The notes beneath the pieces were generated by a model. The model ran no database searches, had not been told where the DNA came from, and saw nothing but the letters and a program-made list of their open reading frames with translations. A stretch of DNA of 15,634 nt from a virus (lineage: Duplodnaviria > Heunggongvirae > Uroviricota > Caudoviricetes), in the IMG/VR virus record IMGVR_UViG_2713896900_000009, one strand, 5' to 3'. Shown here piece by piece: positions 1-6,923 of this stretch (within the stretch, counting starts at the first letter, position 1; each line of letters opens with the position of its first letter). Both the position numbers and the translations under genes were made by a program.

Positions 1-426
1 TTACTGAGGACGTTGAAGAAATCCGTACTGAGCGAGTGTCAGAACAATGTCATAAGACCCTTGCCTGTCTTTATAGCAAGTTTTATCAACTAACTCAGCT
101 TTGCTGATTCCGGGCAAATCAAGAATCAGATTCGCAACTTCAATTGCCCTTTGGTACAACTTACCGACCTTTCTCTCCCCATGCTGTGGTTTTACATTCT
201 TCAGATAACCGCTATCCGCCAGAGCGAGAAACGTTGCCCTTGGGCATCCTTTCTTTCTTGCCGATTCGCTTTCTGTAACCTCAGCGACAGCAGCCTCCCA
301 TGCATCACGAGGGGATAATGAATTATCAGCAACCAAATAATAAGCAATTAAAGCAGCACGCGCGTATTGAGACATAATGCATCCATATACAAAAATCTTA
401 TGGTAAGACTTTTCTAATATGAACAC
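1..426 (-). CDS. Hypothetical protein immediately downstream of the lysis cassette (141 aa; alternative start at Met18, coordinate 375)
   Basis: Complete ORF in the six-frame track with its stop at 1-3. Same strand as the lysis genes and overlaps the Rz stop by 13 nt. No family recognised from the translation and no obvious Shine-Dalgarno for either candidate start. Confidence 0.4.
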   Translation of the reverse strand: MFILEKSYHKIFVYGCIMSQYARAALIAYYLVADNSLSPRDAWEAAVAEVTESESARKKGCPRATFLALADSGYLKNVKPQHGERKVGKLYQRAIEVANLILDLPGISKAELVDKTCYKDRQGSYDIVLTLAQYGFLQRPQ

Positions 427-881
427 TGTGATCTCACATACTCTTGCAGGCCATTCAATTGGTTAGTTATGGTTTCAATGCGCTCTCTGAGAACGAAATA
501 ATCCCGTTGAGCGGTGTCAGTAAGTCTGGGGCTGGAGCCATCATCCACGCCGGAGGCGGCGGTGATTTTATGCATGTCGGGACAGACTGCTTTGACGCGC
601 AGCCACTTACGGCCAGCAGAAACATCAGCACGGAGACTTTCGATAGTCGCGTTAGCATCAGCAAGCTCCTTTGTATATCTGGCGTCAAGTTCTGCTACGT
701 CACGTTGACGCTTCTGCATATCAGAGAGCGTCGCCATAGCCGAATCTAATGCCATTGCGTTTTCGTCGCGCTGCTTTTTGTATTCAATGGCTTTATTGTG
801 GTAATGATTCGCTGAAAAGATAAAAGAACCAATGACAGTAACGAAGAAAGCAGCGATAACCAACTTATAGCTCAACTTCAT
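414..881 (-). CDS. Rz: Rz-type inner-membrane spanin (i-spanin)
   Basis: 155-aa translation has an N-terminal hydrophobic anchor (LVIAAFFVTVIGSFIF) and is alignable by eye with lambda Rz as I recall it (NHY..AI.YK.QRD.NA; RQRDVAALDAKYTKELADA; IKAVC; ASGVD...SPRL.DTA.RDYF.LRER). It sits directly after the R endolysin on the same strand. Confidence 0.8.
   Translation of the reverse strand: MKLSYKLVIAAFFVTVIGSFIFSANHYHNKAIEYKKQRDENAMALDSAMATLSDMQKRQRDVAELDARYTKELADANATIESLRADVSAGRKWLRVKAVCPDMHKITAASGVDDGSSPRLTDTAQRDYFVLRERIETITNQLNGLQEYVRSQCSY
467..658 (-). CDS. Rz1: Rz1-type outer-membrane lipoprotein spanin (o-spanin), embedded in the +1 frame inside Rz
   Basis: The track ORF 467..688 translated from internal Met11 gives MLTRLSKVSVLMFLLAVSGC ASKQSV..C.K.PPPPAWMM.P.PD..TPLNGIIS. 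That is a signal peptide plus lipobox (VSGC) and a proline-rich mature part, matching lambda Rz1 as I recall it. It lies wholly inside the Rz reading frame. The start is assigned by analogy; the in-frame ATG at 688 is the alternative. Confidence 0.7.
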   Translation of the reverse strand: MLTRLSKVSVLMFLLAVSGCASKQSVPTCIKSPPPPAWMMAPAPDLLTPLNGIISFSESALKP

Positions 882-1341
882 TTACCACCCCACCAGCCTC
901 TTCAAATCGGGCAATCAGGTCACCGATTTTATGTTCATACTGACCGTAACCAGCGCCCGGCAGTGAAGCCCAGATATTGCTGCAACGGTCGATTGCCTGA
1001 CGAATATCGCCGCGATCAATCATCGGCAAAGCGCCACGCTCTTTTATCTGTTGCAGTGCCACAGCGTCCTGGCTTTTAGGAGAGAAGTCTGTCAGCCCTA
1101 ACTGCTTGCGGTAAGCATCCCACCAGCGTGAAAGAAGTTGATAACGGCCTGCGGCTGTTGATTTGAGTTTCGGGTTTAGCGTGACAAGTTTTCGAGGGTG
1201 ATCGGAGTAATCAGTGAAGAGTTCGCCACCGACAATAACGTCATAACCGTGGTTACGTGTCGGTTGTCGCCCGTTATCCGTTCCTTCTGACCATGCCACC
1301 ATATCAAGGAAAGCTTTACGCTGGGAATTTAGTGCCTGCAT
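865..1341 (-). CDS. R: Endolysin, lambda R-type lytic transglycosylase
   Basis: 158-aa translation is near-identical over most of its length to lambda R as I recall it (NQRKAFLDM.AWSEGTDNGRQ.TRNHGYDVIVGGELFTDYSDHPRKLVTLNPKLKST.AGRYQLLSRWWDAYRKQLGL.DFSPKSQDAVALQQIKERGALPMIDRGDIRQAIDRCSNIWASLPGAGYGQ). A good Shine-Dalgarno (AAGGAG, 7 nt spacing) precedes the ATG at 1341. Confidence 0.9.
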   Translation of the reverse strand: MQALNSQRKAFLDMVAWSEGTDNGRQPTRNHGYDVIVGGELFTDYSDHPRKLVTLNPKLKSTAAGRYQLLSRWWDAYRKQLGLTDFSPKSQDAVALQQIKERGALPMIDRGDIRQAIDRCSNIWASLPGAGYGQYEHKIGDLIARFEEAGGVVNEVEL

Positions 1342-1344
1342 AAA

Positions 1345-1680
1345 TTACTCCTTCGAGCTACCAAATTTGTTACCGATTACTCTCATTGCAGCCCCACGAA
1401 TTGCATCGACCCCGATCAACCCCACCCCACCACCAATGGCAACAGAAAGCGATTTAGGCCATCCGACATACTCAAGCGCGGATGCAAATGTCAGCGTCAG
1501 AGCGCCACAGAGCAAAATTTCGAGTGATTTTCGTTTCCAGCCGCCACCACCACCAAAATAGGCAATACGCAAACCAGCCATAACAATCGACATAATCACT
1601 GCGCCCAGCGGCGTATCTCCACGCCACCAGCTCTGGAACAACTCCAGCCAGTCCGGCCAGGTATTTGGGTTATGAGGCAT
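1345..1680 (-). CDS. S: Holin, lambda S-like family (start assigned at the internal Met; the track ORF extends to 1752)
   Basis: It lies immediately upstream of R on the same strand. The translation from MPHNPNTW has three hydrophobic segments and glycine-rich motifs (AGLRIAYFGGGGGW; IGGGVGLIGVDAIRG) arranged like lambda S (AYLRGRYNGG; IGYIGTDSIGSLIKRF), with a charged C-terminal tail. GAGGTG lies upstream of the 1680 ATG, but the spacing is long, so the start is uncertain. Confidence 0.65.
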   Translation of the reverse strand: MPHNPNTWPDWLELFQSWWRGDTPLGAVIMSIVMAGLRIAYFGGGGGWKRKSLEILLCGALTLTFASALEYVGWPKSLSVAIGGGVGLIGVDAIRGAAMRVIGNKFGSSKE

Positions 1681-1757
1681 TTCGTCATCTCTCACCTCGC
1701 GATTATTTGCGGGTGCTGTGTTGGAAATAAAAAGGCCAAGCAACGTGGCCACCAGAA

Positions 1758-2810
1758 TTATTTCCCCACCAGTTCACTTACCTCTTTCACCGTCTGGTTA
1801 AACCGATCTGACTCAAGCTCAACACCTAACGCCCGACGCCCCAGCGCCATTGCTGCTTTTATTGTGGAACCGGATCCCATAAAGAAATCAGCAACCAGAT
1901 CGCCTGGTCGACTACTGGCATTAATTATTTGCCGGAGCATATCCGCCGGTTTCTCACACGGATGTTTACCCGGGTAGAATTGAACGGGTTTATGCGTCCA
2001 GACATCGGTATAAGGCACGGAGACTGATACGGAGAAATAGCGCCGGAGAGATTTAAATTCATCCAGCAATTCAGAATATTTGCGGCTCAGCGACTCATAA
2101 GTCGCCACCAGCTGGTGGTGTGAATGTTCCAGTTGATTGCGCTGAAACTTCTCTGCCGCAACGCTGGCAAACAACGCCTGCAACTTCTGGTAGTCCGCCT
2201 CGTTCGGTAATTGCCACTGACAGGCACCGAACCAGTGGGACACCATGTTTCTCTTTCCAGTAGCTTCGGCTATCTGCTTTGTCGTTATGCCCAGATCAGC
2301 ACGTGCATTCCGGAAATACGAAATCAGCGGCGCCATGACGTGCTGTTTAAGCTCTCGTTCTTTCGCCGCATAGCCGTCATCTTTAGGCCGGTATGGCCCC
2401 TGATAATGTTCCGCGAACAATATGCGTTCTGTGGCAGGAAAATACGCCCGCAGGCTTTCTTTATTACACCCGTTCCATCGTCCGGATGGTTTCGCCCAGA
2501 TGATATGATTAAGCACGTTGAAACGTTCACGCATCATGATTTCAATATCAGATGCCAGGCGATGTCCGCAGAACAGGTAAAGGCTTCCAGCTGGTTTCAG
2601 TACCCGCCAGAATTGCGCCAGACACTGGTCCAGCCATTTCAGGTAGTCTGCGTCCCCTTTCCACTGATTGTCCCAGCCGTTTGGCTTCACTTTGAAATAC
2701 GGCGGATCGGTAACAATAAGGTCAACGGAGTCATCAGGCAGGGACTGGATAAAATGCAGGCAATCAGCGTTGATTAACTCAACACTGTTTATTTTTACAG
2801 TATTTTTCAT
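1758..2810 (-). CDS. DNA methyltransferase, beta-class N6-adenine/N4-cytosine type (apparent orphan, no adjacent restriction gene seen)
   Basis: 350-aa translation has the catalytic motif IV DPPY near the N-terminus (LIVTDPPYF) and the SAM-binding motif I FxGxGS near the C-terminus (DFFMGSGST), the circular-permuted beta-class order. It is the first large gene of the late-strand block upstream of the holin. Confidence 0.8.
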   Translation of the reverse strand: MKNTVKINSVELINADCLHFIQSLPDDSVDLIVTDPPYFKVKPNGWDNQWKGDADYLKWLDQCLAQFWRVLKPAGSLYLFCGHRLASDIEIMMRERFNVLNHIIWAKPSGRWNGCNKESLRAYFPATERILFAEHYQGPYRPKDDGYAAKERELKQHVMAPLISYFRNARADLGITTKQIAEATGKRNMVSHWFGACQWQLPNEADYQKLQALFASVAAEKFQRNQLEHSHHQLVATYESLSRKYSELLDEFKSLRRYFSVSVSVPYTDVWTHKPVQFYPGKHPCEKPADMLRQIINASSRPGDLVADFFMGSGSTIKAAMALGRRALGVELESDRFNQTVKEVSELVGK

Positions 2811-2960
2811 AGATCAGTAAGCGTAACTCTGGTAGGCTCACGCTGCTTTTGCGCTAAAGCAGTGGGCCATGGTTCGCTTGTGACCAGTTAGCATGAGCGA
2901 ATGGCTGGCAGGTGCTACCAACACCCACCAGCCGCCCATTTTCACAGCAGGAAACCGCCA

Positions 2961-3164
2961 TTACTGGCAGCGTCTGAATTTATTCCCATACCCGCCGTTA
3001 TCCTTCGCCAGACCCGCCAAAACTAACTGCGTCAGTATCAACTGACACCGGGCTTCGCTTACCCCGGTAATACTCGTCATCGCACGGGGCGTTATCCACT
3101 TGTCAGCAGGTAAGAAATGAAGGACTGTGGCGGCGGTTTCTGTCATATCTTGCTGTTTTAGCAT
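2961..3164 (-). CDS. Small hypothetical protein (67 aa), possible helix-turn-helix fold
   Basis: ORF from the track with a plausible ribosome-binding site (AGGT about 8 nt upstream of the ATG at 3164). The segment ITPRAMTSITGVSEARCQLILTQLVLAGL is helix-turn-helix-like. No family recognised; could be spurious. Confidence 0.3.
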   Translation of the reverse strand: MLKQQDMTETAATVLHFLPADKWITPRAMTSITGVSEARCQLILTQLVLAGLAKDNGGYGNKFRRCQ

Positions 3165-3284
3165 GTCTTTTTACCTTTTCTGGTTAACCTGACACACCAA
3201 TAACTCTTGTCTAAAAAGCCAGCAAGATAAAAAGTCGGTATTCACCTCCACCAGCACGTTTACTGTACTGGACCGCTTTTTGGC

Positions 3285-3311
3285 ACAAAAAAACCCGCTC
3301 GGAGGCGGGTT
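3285..3311 (-). terminator. Intrinsic terminator oriented for minus-strand (late-direction) transcription; candidate tR'-like site
   Basis: Read on the - strand: GC hairpin (CCCGC/GCGGG stem, 3293-3308) followed by a run of seven U (plus-strand A-run 3285-3291). On the + strand the same hairpin has only three T after it. Confidence 0.5.
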
Positions 3312-3423
3312 TAAGCTGTGTGGCGAAGTAACCACTCTTAACACAATACAATAGTTTTTGCGTACGCGTTAGCATTTTTGTTAAAGTATAAAAATGTAAT
3401 TAAACCAGTATGTTATCACTACA

Positions 3424-4308
3424 ATGAAATGCATCCGAAAACATCCAGCAATAGCTTATACAGTAATTATTTTAGTTTTTGCCTTAATATACAATTTCAC
3501 TTGGAGCGTCAATCCAGATTCTTTCATTAAAAACAACGTTCTCAACTCTACACCTGTATATGATGCCGTTAATTTAGCATATGCGAACAATGAGGTAAAA
3601 AAAGAAGATCCTGTCAGTGTTTCGAGGGAAGTATTTGCAGAGCAAATTTTAACACTTACAAATCAATTCAATAAGATAATAATTGAAAACTTAGAACTTG
3701 AAAAAACATTATCTCAACAGCAAGAAAAATTAAAACAAATTAGTGAAAGACAATCAATAAAGTGGGGCGAAAACACCAAAAAATACATAGCAGACAGTTT
3801 GAAAGATTTACACAAAACGCTTATCACTAAAAATAGTGAACGTACTGCCATAACATCTTTAAAAAACAAAACAAATGAAAGTCAGATTAACATTATGCTG
3901 GCCGACAAAGATGAAGAAATAGCCAAAATAAACCTTGAAATAGCGTATAAAGAAAATGATGCTAATGTCTATATCTTATCTCATGTCGGCGACTTTAACG
4001 ATCCAATAATCGTTAATGAGCTTGACGCAATCAATAAAGAAATTGAGAAAACAAGAACAAAAATAATAAACAATAAAAAGAAAATAATGGAGATAAGGAA
4101 TAAATCTCAATCTATGCTGGAGAAACTCAAAAAAGATGACCTTAACTTTTGGGATTTCTTATTTTATAGCATAGGAATATCTACAACGACCACCTTTGGT
4201 GATTTGTTAGCAAATTCAAGACTTATCAGACTGATAGTTTGCGTGCAACTTTTACTATCAATTATAGTTTTAGCTAACGTAACTCAAAGGTTTTTATCAA
4301 AAAAATAA
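3424..4308 (+). CDS. AT-rich cargo (moron) gene encoding a membrane protein: N-terminal transmembrane segment, long Lys/Glu/Asn-rich predicted coiled-coil, C-terminal pore-loop-like two-helix module. Function unknown
   Basis: 294-aa ORF on the strand opposite to every neighbouring phage gene. Composition is visibly far more AT-rich than the flanks, with AAA/AAT/ATA codons dominating. N-terminal hydrophobic stretch AIAYTVIILVFALIY. C-terminus FWDFLFYSIGISTTTTFGDLLANSRLIRLIVCVQLLLSIIVLA resembles the pore-helix, filter and inner-helix of a K+ channel (for example the KcsA region LWWSVETATTVGYGDLYPVT) but with a non-canonical filter. Hairpin terminators flank it on both sides. There is no strong Shine-Dalgarno upstream. 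Confidence 0.6.
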   Translation: MKCIRKHPAIAYTVIILVFALIYNFTWSVNPDSFIKNNVLNSTPVYDAVNLAYANNEVKKEDPVSVSREVFAEQILTLTNQFNKIIIENLELEKTLSQQQEKLKQISERQSIKWGENTKKYIADSLKDLHKTLITKNSERTAITSLKNKTNESQINIMLADKDEEIAKINLEIAYKENDANVYILSHVGDFNDPIIVNELDAINKEIEKTRTKIINNKKKIMEIRNKSQSMLEKLKKDDLNFWDFLFYSIGISTTTTFGDLLANSRLIRLIVCVQLLLSIIVLANVTQRFLSKK

Positions 4309-4343
4309 AAAACAAAGCCCTCAAAAATGAGGGCTAATTTAAA
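4309..4343. terminator. Bidirectional intrinsic terminator between the convergent moron and Q genes
   Basis: Perfect 8-bp hairpin AGCCCTCA-AAAA-TGAGGGCT (4316-4335). On the - strand it is followed by a long T-rich tract (TTGTTTTTTATTTTTTT), on the + strand by AATTT. Confidence 0.6.
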
Positions 4344-4345
4344 CC

Positions 4346-4705
4346 TTAAGATAAGAACGATAAAATCCCGTCCAAAAATCCTAGTGCAGTTTGAAGTTCT
4401 TTTCTGACAGTACCATCTGAACATTTTCGTTTCTTTGCGATTGTACGGAGTGAAATACCAATAACAAAGTGAGCAATTAATAATTCATATTCTTCTGGTT
4501 TATATTTACGCAACCGCGCCACACAACCGTCTATCATGATCCCTTCATCATCATCACACTGAAGGCGTGTTTTTTTACCATGAGGTAAAAGCCCCTTGAA
4601 ACCAGCCGCTATCGGCTGCCAGTCCACACCGCTGTTATCTGCTGCTGCCCATGCTCCCCAGCGGTCTAACACCTCGTACATATCACGCATCAAATCTCTC
4701 CACAA
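4346..4705 (-). CDS. Q: Late-gene antiterminator Q (phage 82 / QuuD-like family)
   Basis: 119-aa translation matches my recollection of the E. coli prophage Q homologue QuuD and the phage-82 Q family (LDRWGAWAA; IAAGFKGLL; QCDDDEG..IDGCVARLRK; KCSDGTVRK; Cys-rich motifs). It sits between the nin-like block and the lysis genes. Confidence 0.75.
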   Translation of the reverse strand: MWRDLMRDMYEVLDRWGAWAAADNSGVDWQPIAAGFKGLLPHGKKTRLQCDDDEGIMIDGCVARLRKYKPEEYELLIAHFVIGISLRTIAKKRKCSDGTVRKELQTALGFLDGILSFLS

Positions 4706-4707
4706 AA

Positions 4708-5703
4708 TCAGGCCAGCACACCAATTGCCAGCGCGCGATCGATAAATCGAAAAATCAGCTCCAGTTGGGAACCATACTTCTCTTCAAACGCCACGGTGTC
4801 CGCATGCAGCTCGTCGTGATGCTTTCTGCACAATGGCAACACAAAGAGGTCATGCGCTTTTGTACCCATTCCACCCTGACCGTGACCTATCAGGTGATGG
4901 GGATCATCAGCAGGCTTTCCACAACATGCACACGGCTGCCTCTTAACCCAGCGCGTGTACTTTTCATTAACCCAGCGGCGGCGTTTTGGGCGTAACATAA
5001 AAGACTCCGGCGACTCCGGATCCACTTTCAGCGCCAGCACCTTTTTCGCTTTATCCTGGATGATGCTGGTGGCAGGAACCGAAGGCACAAGGTCACTTTC
5101 CCGGGTGACAGACGGCACAACAGGTTTCGGTAATCTCAGCGCCTTACGGGCTGCGCTTTCAGGTAAGGCATCCGCCAGGTCATTACGAATCAGCCACCAG
5201 CACAGTTCCGGCATTGTCACGGCATGGTTATCATCAAAACCGAGATCCCGACGGACTACAGACAACACCCAGCGGGCACAGTTATCCGTTGCCATTGATT
5301 CCAGCCGTTCCGTGAACTGATCGCGCAGCTGGTTATCGCAGTGCCAGCACAGACGGATTGCTCCCGGAGCGTGTCGCATTGTGGTCATGTTCTCGCTGTG
5401 CCAGTCGGAATGAGGCCACTGGCAGCCTTTTTCACGAAGTAACCAGCTTTCAAGACATTCCACGCCACCAGCACGACGGATCACAGCCTCATTGCGGAAC
5501 ACGGCCCGAACGGCTGGATCATCCGCCAGCGGTTGTGATGCCGCCGGAACGGCACCACTGGCGAAAGATGAATAACGTTCCGGCTCAGGCTCCAGCAGGA
5601 CACGCCCCTGCATAAACAGGGGCATCAGCTCTGAACCTGGTCTGAACAATACGATCCCCATACGCGGGGCAATTTCAGGGGTCAGTAGTGCTCTCACGGT
5701 CAC
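4708..5703 (-). CDS. DUF968-family prophage protein (YdfU-like) with a C-terminal Cys/His HNH-like motif
   Basis: 331-aa ORF packed 2 nt from Q and 2 nt from the upstream gene. The C-terminus CACCGKPADDPHHLIGHGQGGMGTKAHDLFVLPLCRKHHDELH is a Cys/His cluster typical of DUF968/HNH-like proteins of lambdoid nin regions. Assignment is from recollection. Confidence 0.55.
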   Translation of the reverse strand: MTVRALLTPEIAPRMGIVLFRPGSELMPLFMQGRVLLEPEPERYSSFASGAVPAASQPLADDPAVRAVFRNEAVIRRAGGVECLESWLLREKGCQWPHSDWHSENMTTMRHAPGAIRLCWHCDNQLRDQFTERLESMATDNCARWVLSVVRRDLGFDDNHAVTMPELCWWLIRNDLADALPESAARKALRLPKPVVPSVTRESDLVPSVPATSIIQDKAKKVLALKVDPESPESFMLRPKRRRWVNEKYTRWVKRQPCACCGKPADDPHHLIGHGQGGMGTKAHDLFVLPLCRKHHDELHADTVAFEEKYGSQLELIFRFIDRALAIGVLA

Positions 5704-5704
5704 C

Positions 5705-6514
5705 TCAATGAACGGTATCGAGCAGCTTTAACAGCTCAGGGAATCGGGATTCGAAGAAATGCGGCTGCGTCTCGCGCGGATTTGCGGGACTGGTGATGTT
5801 CTTGCCGAACATGCAGCCTTTCGCTGTCAGCGACCAGAATTTTTTGATGTTGTTAATCGCGGTACGGCTGTATCGTTCGCGCTGCTCGACGATCCCCAGC
5901 TTCACCATCTGGTGATATGCCTGATTAGCCGTCAGGCGGATACCATACTGTTTCAACAGTGCACTCAGTGACAGTGTCGGGCGACTTGAGCCATCGTGTG
6001 CATCAGCAGGAGCATCAATGGCATAGCGTGGTGCCAGATTCGGTAAGCCAACAGCCTCCTGGAGTTTCTGACAGGCCCCAAGCACAGATGAGTTAGACAG
6101 GTTTAACTCCCGGCGCATAAAGTCCAGCAGAATCACGCCAGCCTGCATCTTGTCAGCAGCCTGCCCGGATAATTTTTCCGGTGCGCTGGTTACCATATCG
6201 AAAGTACGGATCACCTTCAGATGGAATGACGGGCTGATCCACATTGCATAGGCATACACCAGTTCCTTGCAGACATAAGTTCCCCGTTCATTTCCACCAT
6301 GAATCACACTCACCGGGTCAACACCCAAATTCTGGGTGTTGGTCAATTCATGAACAAGTTCAACAGTTTGTTGGCTGGAAAGAAACTTTCCTGGCTCCTT
6401 GGTTCTGGCATTTGCACCAAATGCTACTGCTGCGCGATGCAGATCGTTCAGGCTGTAACGCCCATAAGCATCACGACGAACTTCAATACCATCAATGACC
6501 ATCAGATTATTCAT
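5705..6514 (-). CDS. KilA-N domain antirepressor-like protein (start at internal Met with strong ribosome-binding site; track ORF extends to 6616)
   Basis: Translation from MNNLMVIDGIEVRRDAYGRYSLNDLHRAAV ... TYVCKELVYAYAMWISPSFHLKV fits the KilA-N domain pattern. The C-terminal half is AntA/KilA-C-like. AGGAG lies 8 nt upstream of the ATG at 6512-6514. Confidence 0.7.
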   Translation of the reverse strand: MNNLMVIDGIEVRRDAYGRYSLNDLHRAAVAFGANARTKEPGKFLSSQQTVELVHELTNTQNLGVDPVSVIHGGNERGTYVCKELVYAYAMWISPSFHLKVIRTFDMVTSAPEKLSGQAADKMQAGVILLDFMRRELNLSNSSVLGACQKLQEAVGLPNLAPRYAIDAPADAHDGSSRPTLSLSALLKQYGIRLTANQAYHQMVKLGIVEQRERYSRTAINNIKKFWSLTAKGCMFGKNITSPANPRETQPHFFESRFPELLKLLDTVH

Positions 6515-6533
6515 ACTTCGTTTCTCCTCTTGA

Positions 6534-6923
6534 TCAGGCGGCTGCACCCGCCGTTTTCTCGTACTTACTGATAGTGATCTCGACCTTCCCTCCCGGGATA
6601 ACCGGTCCCCACTCAACCAGCATTCTTTTCACCTGACTGTCGTCTTCCCACACACCCGCATGGGTCGGGGCGTCAAACAGCGCCTTGTTATAGTTGTCCA
6701 GATCGCGGATCCGGTTATCCGGAGGAAACAACACGATCTCCACTGAAGCAGGTGCCGACGTTGGTTTCGGCAGGCGACGTAACTGCTCAACTATTGCTGC
6801 GCACGCCGCGCTCTGGAATTTGCGCCCCGCTGCGCTTATCAGACTCTTACCAGCAAACGCCCCTTTGTTGGGGTGTCGCCAGTACGTGTTCACGCTGGGC
6901 GGGAAAGGCAAGATCAGCTTCAT
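6534..6923 (-). CDS. rusA: Holliday-junction resolvase RusA
   Basis: 129-aa translation carries the RusA signature as I recall it from E. coli RusA (PPSVNTYWRH; RDLDNYNKALFDAPTHAGVWEDDSQV; VEITI). Typical nin-region position. Confidence 0.75.
   Translation of the reverse strand: MKLILPFPPSVNTYWRHPNKGAFAGKSLISAAGRKFQSAACAAIVEQLRRLPKPTSAPASVEIVLFPPDNRIRDLDNYNKALFDAPTHAGVWEDDSQVKRMLVEWGPVIPGGKVEITISKYEKTAGAAA

Noticed and set aside
1681-1752. Upstream in-frame start for the holin (MATLLG...), which could suggest a dual-start holin/antiholin
   Set aside because: The 24-codon extension is not holin-like, and the lambda dual-start arrangement involves starts only two codons apart. It is kept only as an alternative start.
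1672-1977. 101-aa + strand ORF spanning the holin start and methyltransferase end
   Set aside because: Antisense to the lysis cassette; no ribosome-binding site and no recognisable product.
2211-2777. 188-aa + strand ORF antisense within the late-operon methyltransferase gene
   Set aside because: It is antisense to a gene with clear catalytic motifs, its translation is low-complexity (Arg/Pro/Cys-rich) with no recognisable domain, and long antisense frames are expected in GC-balanced coding DNA.
2811-2960. 150-nt untranslated gap with a hairpin (GCTGCTTT...AAAGCAG, about 2840-2862) between the small ORF and the methyltransferase
   Set aside because: It has a single modest hairpin with no U-tract and no promoter-like hexamers I could support. 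It is probably just the methyltransferase 5' leader.
4955-5320. 121-aa + strand ORF inside the DUF968 gene
   Set aside because: Antisense to a tightly packed minus-strand operon; Ser/Arg-rich low-complexity translation.
5737-5745. GGATTCGAA, the reverse complement of a tRNA T-loop-like TTCGAATCC motif
   Set aside because: The flanking sequence cannot form a T-stem or acceptor stem, and the motif lies inside the KilA-N antirepressor coding sequence.
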